NCBI RefSeq assembly: GCF_000186885.1
Contig: NC_014972.1
Coordinates: 1,260,001 to 1,292,000 of the forward strand
DNA: 32,000 nt
Direction of reading: 5' to 3'
Source of the DNA: Desulfobulbus propionicus DSM 2032
GTDB lineage: Bacteria; Desulfobacterota; Desulfobulbia; Desulfobulbales; Desulfobulbaceae
The notes under the pieces: model-generated
Databases searched by the model: none
What the model was told of the DNA's origin: nothing
The model's input: the letters and a program-made list of their open reading frames with translations, nothing else
Shown here: in pieces, positions 14,678 through 22,954 of the stretch
Layout: each line of letters begins with the position of its first letter
Position numbering within the stretch: position 1 is the stretch's first letter
Made by a program: the position numbers and the translations under genes

Positions 14678-15699
14678 GGCAAGACTCCTTGGGGGATCTG
14701 CATGGTCACGCAGTGGAGCGAGCCGTGCTGGACGATGAGGGGGCGGCAGTCGATGGCGATAATTTCCCGGTCCGGAAACACGCCGGCCAGGATCTCCAGG
14801 GCCGCCGCATCCTGCGGATCGTGGTAGGTCGGCATCAGCACCGCGCCGTTGATGACGAGGAAGTTGGCGTAGGTGGCGGGCAGGCGTTGGCCGTCGGCGT
14901 CGAAGCAGGGGCGCGGCCAGGGCAGGGGAATGAGGCGATAGGGCACGCCGCTGGCGGTGCGGAAACCGCGCAGTTCGGCCTCCATGGCACAGAGGGCTTC
15001 ATAATGCTCGTCCGCCGGATTGTCGCAACGGACATAGACAATGGTGTCGTTCGGGCACAACCGGGCCAGGGTATCGATGTGCGAATCAGTGTCGTCGCCG
15101 GCCAAATAACCGTTGTCCAGCCAGAGGACGCGGGAGACGCCGAGGAGGTCTGCCAGAGCCCGCTCAATCCCCCCGCGGTCGAGATGGGGATTGCGGTTGG
15201 GGCTCTGCAAACAGGTGCTGGTGGTCAAGAGAGTGCCCGCGCCATCGCTCTCGATGCTGCCGCCTTCCAGGATCAGGCCGGGGATGCGCACGGGGCAGCG
15301 GCCAAAGCCCCCCAACCGGGTCAGCTTGCCGGTGATTTGGTTGTCGAGATCGGCGGCGAATTTCAGGCCCCAGGCGTTGAAGCCGAAGTCGAGCACCACC
15401 GGGGTGCCGTTTTCAAAAATGGTGATCGGCCCGAAATCCCGGGCCCAGGTATCGTTGGTGGCCATGGGATAGAGGCGGACCCGCTGCAGGTCGACGGAGT
15501 CTGCGTGCAGCCGCGCTCGCACCGGCTCGATCTCCGGGGCCACGATCAGCACCCGTTCAAAGCGGCTGATCGCTCGGACAATATTGACAAAGACCGCCTG
15601 CACGGCGGCCAGGTCATCGCGCCAGTCGGTCTCCTGGTGCGGCCAGGCAAGCAGCACGCCGTCTTGGGGTTCCCATTCGGCCGGTAATCGTTTGCGCAT
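14674..15699 (-). CDS. aguA: Agmatine deiminase
   Basis: MRKRLPAEWEPQDGVLLAWPH...NDTWARDFGP...GGSIESDGAGTLLTT...DDTDSHIDTLARL...HGSLHCVTMQ shows the PAD_porph/agmatine deiminase signature, including the C-terminal catalytic Cys. The ATG is at 15699. The track ORF extension to 16044 is rejected. Confidence 0.9.
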   Translation of the reverse strand: MRKRLPAEWEPQDGVLLAWPHQETDWRDDLAAVQAVFVNIVRAISRFERVLIVAPEIEPVRARLHADSVDLQRVRLYPMATNDTWARDFGPITIFENGTPVVLDFGFNAWGLKFAADLDNQITGKLTRLGGFGRCPVRIPGLILEGGSIESDGAGTLLTTSTCLQSPNRNPHLDRGGIERALADLLGVSRVLWLDNGYLAGDDTDSHIDTLARLCPNDTIVYVRCDNPADEHYEALCAMEAELRGFRTASGVPYRLIPLPWPRPCFDADGQRLPATYANFLVINGAVLMPTYHDPQDAAALEILAGVFPDREIIAIDCRPLIVQHGSLHCVTMQIPQGVLP

Positions 15700-15946
15700 G
15701 TGTTCTCTCGGATGAAAAGGGACAAGGACGAGGCATCCTAGCCCATCCATGGGCGATTGTAAATACGCTCCCGTTCGGAGATCGCGCGTGCGGGCCGACG
15801 GAGGGGCGGACCGGACATTTTTCGGTTGACGCGTCTTGGGCCTGAAGTTAGGTTGACGGGGTAATGCCTGTCCTTTTCGGCGGTTATCTGTTGTGCCCTT
15901 TGTTCCCGCGTATCTTGCCCCGCATCCCTCGCACCCATGGAGCACC

Positions 15947-16882
15947 ATGAAAAAACAACTCCTTGAGCTGATTGTCTGTCCACGCTGTTTACCCCAGGAA
16001 CACCTTTTGGTGGCCGACATCATCCAGGAGCGCGACAACGACATCGAGACCGGTGCGCTCCAGTGCCCCCGCTGCCGTGCCCTCTATCCCATCACCGAGG
16101 GCGTGGCCCTGCTTGATCCGCACGCCACCGACAACCAGCGGGCGGCCAATAAATACGAGACTGACGAGGTGGTGTCGTCCTACCTGTGGAGCCATTTCAG
16201 CGACCTGCTGGGAGATGAGCAGGCCAGCCAGGCCTATGCCGCCTGGGCCGGGCTGATACATCCCCAGGGGGGCGTGGCCCTGGATGCCGGCGGCGCTGTC
16301 GGCCGGTTCACCTTCGAGATGAGCACCCGCTGCGATTTCGCCGTGGGCATCGACACCTCGCAGGCCTTTATCCGCGCCGCCCGCCAGCTGATGCGCGAGC
16401 GGTCCCTGGTGGTGGGGCTCAAGGACGAGGGGTTGCTGCGCCGCGAGGCGACCATCCGCCTGCCCGACGACTGGCGCAGCGATCGGGTGGAGTTCGTGGT
16501 GGCCAATGCCCTGGCCCTGCCGTTTCGCAAGAAATCGATCGGCCTGTTCTCCTCGCTCAACCTGGTGGACAAGGTGCCCTCGCCGCTGACGCATCTGCGG
16601 GAGATGAACCGGGTGACCCGCGATACCGGCGCCCAGTTTCTTCTCTCCGATCCTTTTTCCTGGTCCACCGAGGCGGCGCCGGTTACGGAGTGGCTGGGCG
16701 GCACGGCCGAGGGGCGGTTTGCCGGCAAGGGCCTGGTCAACGTGGCCCGGCTGCTGGCCGAGAGCAGGGAACTGGCGCCGTCCTGGCAGGTGCACGAGCC
16801 CGGCAGCGTGTGGTGGAAGATTCGCACCCACAGCAACCACTATGAATTGATCCGCAGTTGTTATGTCCATGCCAGCCGTTAG
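15947..16882 (+). CDS. Class I SAM-dependent methyltransferase with an N-terminal Trm112-like zinc-ribbon domain
   Basis: MKKQLLELIVCPRCL...LQCPRCRALYPITEGVALLD is a Trm112p-like fold with two CxxC pairs. The SAM motif I ALDAGGAVGRF follows. The stop TAG (16880-16882) overlaps the RBS of the next gene. Confidence 0.75.
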   Translation: MKKQLLELIVCPRCLPQEHLLVADIIQERDNDIETGALQCPRCRALYPITEGVALLDPHATDNQRAANKYETDEVVSSYLWSHFSDLLGDEQASQAYAAWAGLIHPQGGVALDAGGAVGRFTFEMSTRCDFAVGIDTSQAFIRAARQLMRERSLVVGLKDEGLLRREATIRLPDDWRSDRVEFVVANALALPFRKKSIGLFSSLNLVDKVPSPLTHLREMNRVTRDTGAQFLLSDPFSWSTEAAPVTEWLGGTAEGRFAGKGLVNVARLLAESRELAPSWQVHEPGSVWWKIRTHSNHYELIRSCYVHASR

Positions 16883-16891
16883 GAGGAAACG

Positions 16892-18946
16892 ATGATCATC
16901 GATACTGTCTGCCGTTTCTGTTCGTCCTGTTGTCCCATCGAGGCCGAGGTGGAGGAGGGCCGCCTGATCGGCGCCCGGCGCAAATCCTTTCTTGAGCCGG
17001 ACAAACGGCTGACCTGCGCCAAGCTGGCGGCAGCGGCCGAGATCGTCTATTCGCCAAAACGTCTGACCACGCCGCTGATCAAGAAGGCGGACGGCACCGG
17101 CTTTCGCGAGGCCGGCTGGGATGAGGCCTTGGATCTGGTGGTCGCAGCGATGCAGCGTCACCGGCGGGAATCCGGGTCGCAGTCGATCGCCTGGCTGCGT
17201 GGCATGGCCGCCGATTGGGGAGCGCCCTGGGATTATCCCAACCGGCTGATGCACGCCTTTGGCAGCCCCAACACCATCGGCAACGGTTCGATCTGTTTTG
17301 TGGCCCGGGATTTTGCCCATAGCTATGTCTACGGGTCCATGGCCTTTCCCGAGGCCAAGGCGGCCAAATGCATCATCGTCTGGGGCAAGAACGACGGCAA
17401 CACCGCCCTGGGCGCGGCCGAAGGCATTCACTGGGCCAAGGAGCACGGGGCAACATTGATCGTCATCGACCCGGTGCGGACCGCGCTGGCCCGCAAGGCC
17501 GACATCTGGCTGCAGATCAAGCCCGGTCATGACGGCCTCTTGGCCATGGCCATGATCAACGAGATTATCGGCAATAATCTTTATGACGCCGATTTTGTCC
17601 GTCAGTACACCGTCGGCTTTGAGAAACTCAAACAGGTGGCGGCCCAGTACCCGGCCGAGCAGGTGGCCGACAGCCTGTGGCTGAGTGCCGCGCGGATCAA
17701 GGAGATTGCCCGCCTCTACGCCACCACCAAGCCGGCGGCGATCATCGACGGCAACGGCCTCGACATGCACCGCGAGGTCTTCGACACCACCCGCGCCATC
17801 GCCATGCTCCGCGCCCTGACCGGCAACCTCGATCAGCCCGGCGGCGACGTGCTGCCGCAGCCGATCCCGGCGCGCAACATCCAGTTGAAGGAAAGGCTGC
17901 CCGAGGGCACGGTGCCGATCACCCGCGACTATTCGCTGTTCAACACCTTTTCCGAAACCTGGGGCAACCAGGTGCAGGGCTGCGTGGTCGACGCCATTTT
18001 GGACGAACAGCCCTATCCGCTCAAGATGGTGGTGGTCCAATCGGGCAACCCGCTGGTGACCATGGCCGATTCCACCCGCACCCGCGCCGCCTTTACCAAG
18101 CTCGACACCCTGGTGGTGATCGACATGTTCCTCACCGAGACCGCAAGGCTTGCCGACGTCATCCTGCCGGCCTCCTCCTGCTTTGAAAAGACCCAGCTCA
18201 ACCGGGCCTCGATCCGTAACAACCCGATGTTTCTCCAGGATGCGGTGATCGAGCCGGTGGGTGATTCCTGGCCGGACTGGAAGATCGTCTTCGAGCTGGG
18301 ACGGCGGCTTGGGTTGAGCGAGGACTTCCCCTGGCAGACCGCCGAGGAGGCCATCGACTACCAGCTGGAACCGGCCGGAGTGACGGTGGCGGATCTGCGC
18401 GTCCACGGCAAGGGGCTGCGTATCGAGGAGCTGCGGTACCACAAGTACCGCGACCAGCCCTTCAAGACCCCTTCGGGCAAGGTGGAGTTCTTTTCCAAGC
18501 GCCTGGCCGAGGCCGGATTCTGCGGGGTGCCGTTTGCGCGCGGCCTGGGCGCGGACCCGATCAGCTTTGCCGACCAGAGCGACGCCTATCCGGTGCTGGG
18601 TGTCAGCGGCAGCCGCGACATCCGCTTCACCAATTCCCAGTACCGCACCATCCCCGCGCTGCTGCGGAACGGCGAGGGCTGCGTGGTCGACATCCATCCC
18701 GAGGACGCGGCCCGCCAGGGCTTTGTCGACGGCGACCGCATCCGCATCGAAACCCCCAAGGGCGAGATCGAAATGCCCGCACGCCTTTCTTCCACGACCC
18801 GCCCGGGCATGGTCCGCATCGCCTGGGGCTGGGGCGAGCATGATCCGCGCGCCAACCTCAACACCCTCACCGAGGACGAGGTACGCGGCCCGGTGAGCGG
18901 TACCTCCACCAGCCGCAGCTTCATGTGCCGCCTGCGCAAGGTGTGA
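16892..18946 (+). CDS. Cytoplasmic molybdopterin (bis-MGD) oxidoreductase, DMSO-reductase (MopB) superfamily; substrate unknown
   Basis: 684 aa with the RBS AGGAGGA. The N-terminal [4Fe-4S] motif is CRFCSSCC...C(42). The probable Cys Mo/W ligand lies in GNGSICFVARD. MGD-binding segments are present (IVWGKN, LIVIDPVRT, VVQSGNPLVTM). The C-terminal beta-barrel has VDIHPEDA...GDRIRIET. There is no Tat signal. Confidence 0.85.
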   Translation: MIIDTVCRFCSSCCPIEAEVEEGRLIGARRKSFLEPDKRLTCAKLAAAAEIVYSPKRLTTPLIKKADGTGFREAGWDEALDLVVAAMQRHRRESGSQSIAWLRGMAADWGAPWDYPNRLMHAFGSPNTIGNGSICFVARDFAHSYVYGSMAFPEAKAAKCIIVWGKNDGNTALGAAEGIHWAKEHGATLIVIDPVRTALARKADIWLQIKPGHDGLLAMAMINEIIGNNLYDADFVRQYTVGFEKLKQVAAQYPAEQVADSLWLSAARIKEIARLYATTKPAAIIDGNGLDMHREVFDTTRAIAMLRALTGNLDQPGGDVLPQPIPARNIQLKERLPEGTVPITRDYSLFNTFSETWGNQVQGCVVDAILDEQPYPLKMVVVQSGNPLVTMADSTRTRAAFTKLDTLVVIDMFLTETARLADVILPASSCFEKTQLNRASIRNNPMFLQDAVIEPVGDSWPDWKIVFELGRRLGLSEDFPWQTAEEAIDYQLEPAGVTVADLRVHGKGLRIEELRYHKYRDQPFKTPSGKVEFFSKRLAEAGFCGVPFARGLGADPISFADQSDAYPVLGVSGSRDIRFTNSQYRTIPALLRNGEGCVVDIHPEDAARQGFVDGDRIRIETPKGEIEMPARLSSTTRPGMVRIAWGWGEHDPRANLNTLTEDEVRGPVSGTSTSRSFMCRLRKV

Positions 18947-18976
18947 GCGGCCCGTTCATCGCGCCATTGGTGGCAG

Positions 18977-19004
18977 AAAAAAGGCTCCCCTAGGGGAGCC
19001 TTTT
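18977..19004. terminator. Rho-independent terminator after the molybdoenzyme gene (symmetric, potentially bidirectional)
   Basis: AAAAGGCTCCCC-TA-GGGGAGCCTTTT is a perfect 12-nt inverted repeat. It starts 31 nt after the stop at 18946, with A/T runs on both flanks. Confidence 0.75.
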
Positions 19005-19331
19005 GCGTTGACGACGCCGGAGGACTCAGGCCTCATGGCCTGGGAGCGTGGGGGGATGCCGCCTGCTTGACGGGTCCCGGTTTGCCTGCCGCTGGCAATG
19101 ACGCATTGCATCAACAAGCCTTTCGCTGGTAGAGTCATTGCACAGGCTCATCGCATCGAGGACGAACCGACACCGGAGGAGCCACAGGCCGCGCGTGCCC
19201 GAAACGCCGGCCGCGGTTGCTCGCGGGTCGCTGCTCCTCGCTTGGCAAGGCCCGGGAAAGACGGTTGATCTGGTCATGCAATTTGTCTGGTCCTTGGAAT
19301 CGTATCCACCCGTCCATCAAGGAGGCACCCC

Positions 19332-19844
19332 ATGCAGGAAAGGCAACACATCATCGTTCCCATTGATTTCAAAACCCATTCCGATCTGCAGGCCAATTTC
19401 GCCCTGCACATGGCAAGGCTGCTCAACGCAAAAACGACCTTCGTGCACGTCCTGCGGCCAATCGCCGATTTCTCCGACTATGATCCGGCCACCCTGGAGC
19501 AGGTGGAAAAGAAGTTGCTGGCCCACATGCGCAAGAAAGTGGACGCTTTCATCAAAGCGTTGGACAAGCGGGGGGTGATCTGCGAGGGGGTGGTGCTGAG
19601 CGGCTCGATTGCCGAGACCGTCATTGCCCATGTGGATGAACAAAAAGCGGATTTAGTTGTCCTCAGCACCCACGGCGCCCAGGGAATCGAGAAAGTGCTC
19701 CTCGGCAGCGTGGCCGATCGGGTGATCAAGGGGGTCAATTGTCCGTGCCTGGTGTTCAACCCCTATAAGAACAGGTGGCGCCATGACGACACGACAGGGC
19801 GTTATGACTTTGGCAAGGCCGTTGAACTGCCACCGCTGGCCTGA
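19332..19844 (+). CDS. Universal stress protein (UspA family)
   Basis: The RBS is AAGGAGG. The sequence HIIVPIDFK...DLVVLSTHGAQGIEKVLLGSVADRVIKGVNCPCLVF is the typical Usp fold with the G-2x-G-9x-G(S/T) ATP-binding motif. Confidence 0.85.
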   Translation: MQERQHIIVPIDFKTHSDLQANFALHMARLLNAKTTFVHVLRPIADFSDYDPATLEQVEKKLLAHMRKKVDAFIKALDKRGVICEGVVLSGSIAETVIAHVDEQKADLVVLSTHGAQGIEKVLLGSVADRVIKGVNCPCLVFNPYKNRWRHDDTTGRYDFGKAVELPPLA

Positions 19845-19892
19845 GACCATGCGGGCCGCGTTGCCCGCTGGATGGGTGCCGGGAGAGGATCG

Positions 19893-20282
19893 ATGAGCGA
19901 CAGGCCGCTCCAACTTACCACCGAGGCTTTCGCCCGGATCGTGGAACAGGCGATTGCCCGTATTCCCGAGGAAATCCGGGCTGTTCTGGATAATGTCCTC
20001 ATCTCGGTCAAGGATCGGCCCACGGCGGCAATGCTTGCCGAAGTGGGGCTTGGGCCCGACGAACCGTTGTTCGGTATCTTCCTTGGCGTGCCATTGAACG
20101 AACGCAGCCTGGCCGACCCGCCGCTGTATCCCGATACCATTCATATTTTTCAGGATCCCTTGGAAGAGTACTGCGCCACCCGCGAGCAGTTGATCGAGGA
20201 GATCGAGATCACCGTGGTGCATGAAATCGCCCATTTCGTCGGCTTCAGCGACGAGGAACTGGAACGGTTGGGCTACGGATGA
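19893..20282 (+). CDS. Small metallopeptidase-family protein (zincin-like, DUF1025/SprT-like HExxH)
   Basis: About 129 aa, with HEIAH in TVVHEIAHFVGFSDEELERLG near the C-terminus. I prefer the ATG at 19893 (GGGAGAGGA 3 nt upstream) over the track start at 19872. Confidence 0.65.
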   Translation: MSDRPLQLTTEAFARIVEQAIARIPEEIRAVLDNVLISVKDRPTAAMLAEVGLGPDEPLFGIFLGVPLNERSLADPPLYPDTIHIFQDPLEEYCATREQLIEEIEITVVHEIAHFVGFSDEELERLGYG

Positions 20283-20587
20283 AGGCAAGGGACTCGGCGT
20301 GTTATGAGGAAGGACGGGGACGGCCAATCGATTAGCGCGCCGCCTAATCCGGAAAAATCGGACAAGCGCGCTGCCCCTGTCCGACATTTCCGGACAGCCT
20401 TGTCGGCCCTATTGCCGATTGTTTGCGAACGATGACGGAAAAACGAGAAGTTGGAGTGATGTGTGCAGATGTTTTTCTGCATGGTGTTTTTTTTGCATAA
20501 CGCTGAACCTCAGCCGCGATGCGTATGCGCCGTTCCCTGCGGGAACGGGGCACTCTCCCATAAAAAAAACACAGGCAAGGAGAACTC

Positions 20588-22645
20588 ATGACATTGACCG
20601 CGTTTCGTTCGATGAAATACACCACCAAGCTGTTCATCGCCGTGGTGCTGCTGTGCGTTGCCTCGATTGGCATCACGTCGGGCAACGCCATCCGAATGTC
20701 GAGCCAGGGACTCAACACCCTTGGTCGCGACGCATTGGAGCATATCCACCAGGCGGTTTATAATTCCCTGACCACCTATGACGAGACCATCGGCAGGAAA
20801 CTGGACAGCGACCTCAAGATTTTTGAACAGGAGGTCCTGGACAAGGGCGCGCCCGCGATCGACACCGCCAGCACGCAGCCGCAGACCATGGTCGACCAGG
20901 TCAGCCTGCAGTCGGAACAGGTGCTGCTGCCGCGATTGATGGCCGGCGACCACCCGATCGGCGGCGCCAACGACCTCGTTGACAGCGTCACCACCAGCAC
21001 GGGCAGCCTGGCCACGGTGTTCCAGATGGTGGACGGCAAGCTGTTGCGCGTGGCCACCACGGTCAAGAAGGAAAACGGGGAGCGGGCGCTGGGCACCTAT
21101 ATCCCCGCCGACAGCCCGGTGGTCAAGGCCATCGCTCAGGGCCAGGTGTACAAGGGCAAGGCCTACGTGGTCAACGACTGGTACCTGACGGCCTATGCCC
21201 CGTTGCGCGCCGCCAACGGCCAAGTGGTCGGCGCCGTCTTTGTCGGCCAGCTCATGCTGGCCCCCGAGGTCCGCACCTTCATTTCCACCACCCGGCTGAA
21301 CAGCGGCTATTTCTTTGCCTATACCGATGCCGGCGACCTGGTCATCCATCCTTCCCTGGGCAAGGATACCAATATATTCAAGCTGATTCCGGCGTTCAAG
21401 GCGCACAAGGAGGGATTTCTTGAATACATCGACAATGGGGAGAGCAAGGTGGCCTACGTGCGGTACATCGACAAATGGGGGCTGTACATCGCCATCACCA
21501 TCTCCCACGCGGGCATCGACAACGGCCTGGCCGCGCAGATGATGCGCAACAATCTGCTCGCCGGGCTGGGGGTGATCGCGGTTGCCATTCTCATTATCCT
21601 GCTGCTGGTTCGCACGATCAACAAGCCGCTCCAGGAACTCGCCGCCCAGAGCGTCAAGGTGGGCGAGGGAGATTACACCATCGCCTTTGCCGCCAAGACC
21701 GACGACGCCATCGGCCAGCTGGCCGGATCGCTGGGGATCATGGTGGGTAAATCGCGGGAAATGCTGGAAGATATCATTCACTCCTCCCGAGCCCTGGCCG
21801 CCGCTTCCACGGAACTGGCCACCATCTCCGAACAGATGGTGACCAATGCCGACGCCACCACCCGGATTGCCGACACCGCCGCCACCAATGCCCACGAGGT
21901 ATCCGACAACATGACCTCGATCTCGGCGGCCATGGAGGAATCGACCACCAATCTGGACATGATCGCCTCGGCCTCCGAGGAGATGGGAACCACCATCAAG
22001 GAGATCGCGGAAAACAGCGCCCGGGCCCGCCTGACCACGGAAGAGGCGGTGGCCAAGGCGCGCAAGTCCCACGAGGGGGTGCGCGAGCTCGGCGAGGCGG
22101 CCAAGGCGATCGGCATTGTCACCGAAACCATCACCGAGATTTCGGAGCAGACCAATCTGCTGGCCCTCAACGCCACCATCGAGGCGGCGCGGGCCGGCGA
22201 GGCGGGCAAGGGATTTGCGGTGGTTGCCAATGAAATCAAGGACCTGGCCAAGGAGACCGCCAATGCCACCGGCAGGATCAAGCAGGCCATCGAGCAGATC
22301 CAGAATCAGACCGAGGTCACCGTACTGGACATCCAATCGATCACCACGGTCATCCAGGATGTGAACGACGTGGTCAATACCATTGTCACCGCTGTCGAGG
22401 AACAATCGATCACCACCGCGGAGATCGTGACCAACGTCAACCAAGCCTCGTTGGGTATCACCGAGATCAATCAAAACATCGCGCACAGCAGCCAGATGAC
22501 CACCGAGATGTCCGAGGGCGTGGGACAGGTGAAGGAGCAGTCCGTGGAGGTGAAGAACAACAGTCAGATCGTGCGCCAATCGGCCGACGAGTTGTCGCGA
22601 CTGTCCGAGAAGCTCACCACCCTGGTTTCGCGGTTCAAAATGTGA
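20588..22645 (+). CDS. Methyl-accepting chemotaxis protein with a Cache_3-Cache_2-like periplasmic sensor, HAMP and MA domain
   Basis: 685 aa with the RBS AAGGAGA. The periplasmic segment is [32 protein letters not shown]...[19 protein letters not shown]...GAVFVGQ. The signalling tip is [35 protein letters not shown]. Confidence 0.9.
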   Translation: MTLTAFRSMKYTTKLFIAVVLLCVASIGITSGNAIRMSSQGLNTLGRDALEHIHQAVYNSLTTYDETIGRKLDSDLKIFEQEVLDKGAPAIDTASTQPQTMVDQVSLQSEQVLLPRLMAGDHPIGGANDLVDSVTTSTGSLATVFQMVDGKLLRVATTVKKENGERALGTYIPADSPVVKAIAQGQVYKGKAYVVNDWYLTAYAPLRAANGQVVGAVFVGQLMLAPEVRTFISTTRLNSGYFFAYTDAGDLVIHPSLGKDTNIFKLIPAFKAHKEGFLEYIDNGESKVAYVRYIDKWGLYIAITISHAGIDNGLAAQMMRNNLLAGLGVIAVAILIILLLVRTINKPLQELAAQSVKVGEGDYTIAFAAKTDDAIGQLAGSLGIMVGKSREMLEDIIHSSRALAAASTELATISEQMVTNADATTRIADTAATNAHEVSDNMTSISAAMEESTTNLDMIASASEEMGTTIKEIAENSARARLTTEEAVAKARKSHEGVRELGEAAKAIGIVTETITEISEQTNLLALNATIEAARAGEAGKGFAVVANEIKDLAKETANATGRIKQAIEQIQNQTEVTVLDIQSITTVIQDVNDVVNTIVTAVEEQSITTAEIVTNVNQASLGITEINQNIAHSSQMTTEMSEGVGQVKEQSVEVKNNSQIVRQSADELSRLSEKLTTLVSRFKM

Positions 22646-22757
22646 TTTGATTGTGCTGGTTCGAGCGCTCCGGCGACAACCGGACCCTGATGGGGGCGGT
22701 TGAGCGCGGAGCCCTTGGACGGCAACCCGCTGTCACCCCACCTCGTCCTCCCTCGAT

Positions 22758-22790
22758 GTCCGCTTGCATTCCCTCCGAATGCAAGCGGAC
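22758..22790 (+). other. Perfect 14-bp hairpin with a CCUCC loop; candidate sRNA or 3'-UTR element
   Basis: GTCCGCTTGCATTC (22758-22771), loop CCTCC (22772-22776), GAATGCAAGCGGAC (22777-22790). No U-tract follows. The element lies between the MCP stop (22645) and the terminator at 22903-22932. Confidence 0.5.
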
Positions 22791-22902
22791 CGGAATCCGC
22801 GCCCTGTCGTTGAGGAAAGTTCGGCTGCAACGCCCAAGCCCGCGGCGCAATCCACTTGCCCCGCCGGCCCGTATCCGGTACAGTCCCCGCCGTCTTTCGT
22901 TT

Positions 22903-22932
22903 GGCCCGGCAACCGCCGGGTTCTTTTTTTTT
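22903..22932 (+). terminator. Rho-independent terminator directly upstream of the fsr RBS
   Basis: CCCGGC (22905-22910), loop AACC, GCCGGG (22915-22920), then TTCTTTTTTTTT. The fsr SD AAGGAGG starts only about 10 nt downstream (22943). Confidence 0.6.
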
Positions 22933-22954
22933 GCGCGCCCCAAAGGAGGCACCC

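Noticed and set aside
15989-18841. A 950-aa ORF on the - strand, plus other very long antisense ORFs: 472..2385 (+), 4633..6261 (+), 7735..8943 (-), 12539..14827 (+), 20510..22579 (-), 24908..26023 (+), 27036..28541 (-), 29560..31122 (+).
   Set aside because: Each lies exactly opposite a gene with strong family signatures. Their translations are low-complexity Gly/Arg/Asp/His/Pro-rich strings with no recognisable motifs and no RBS. This is typical stop-codon-poor shadow reading of a high-GC genome.
19093-19110. TGGCAATGACGCATTGCA, considered as a sigma54 promoter upstream of usp.
   Set aside because: The GG and GC elements are separated by 12 nt rather than the obligatory 10 nt.
22646-22954. 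A known riboswitch class (for example guanidine-I/ykkC or guanidine-II) in the fsr leader.
   Set aside because: I could not find the conserved cores I remember for these classes, namely the ykkC GGGA...ACGR elements or paired ACGR tetraloops. The region is kept only as an unclassified leader/sRNA candidate.
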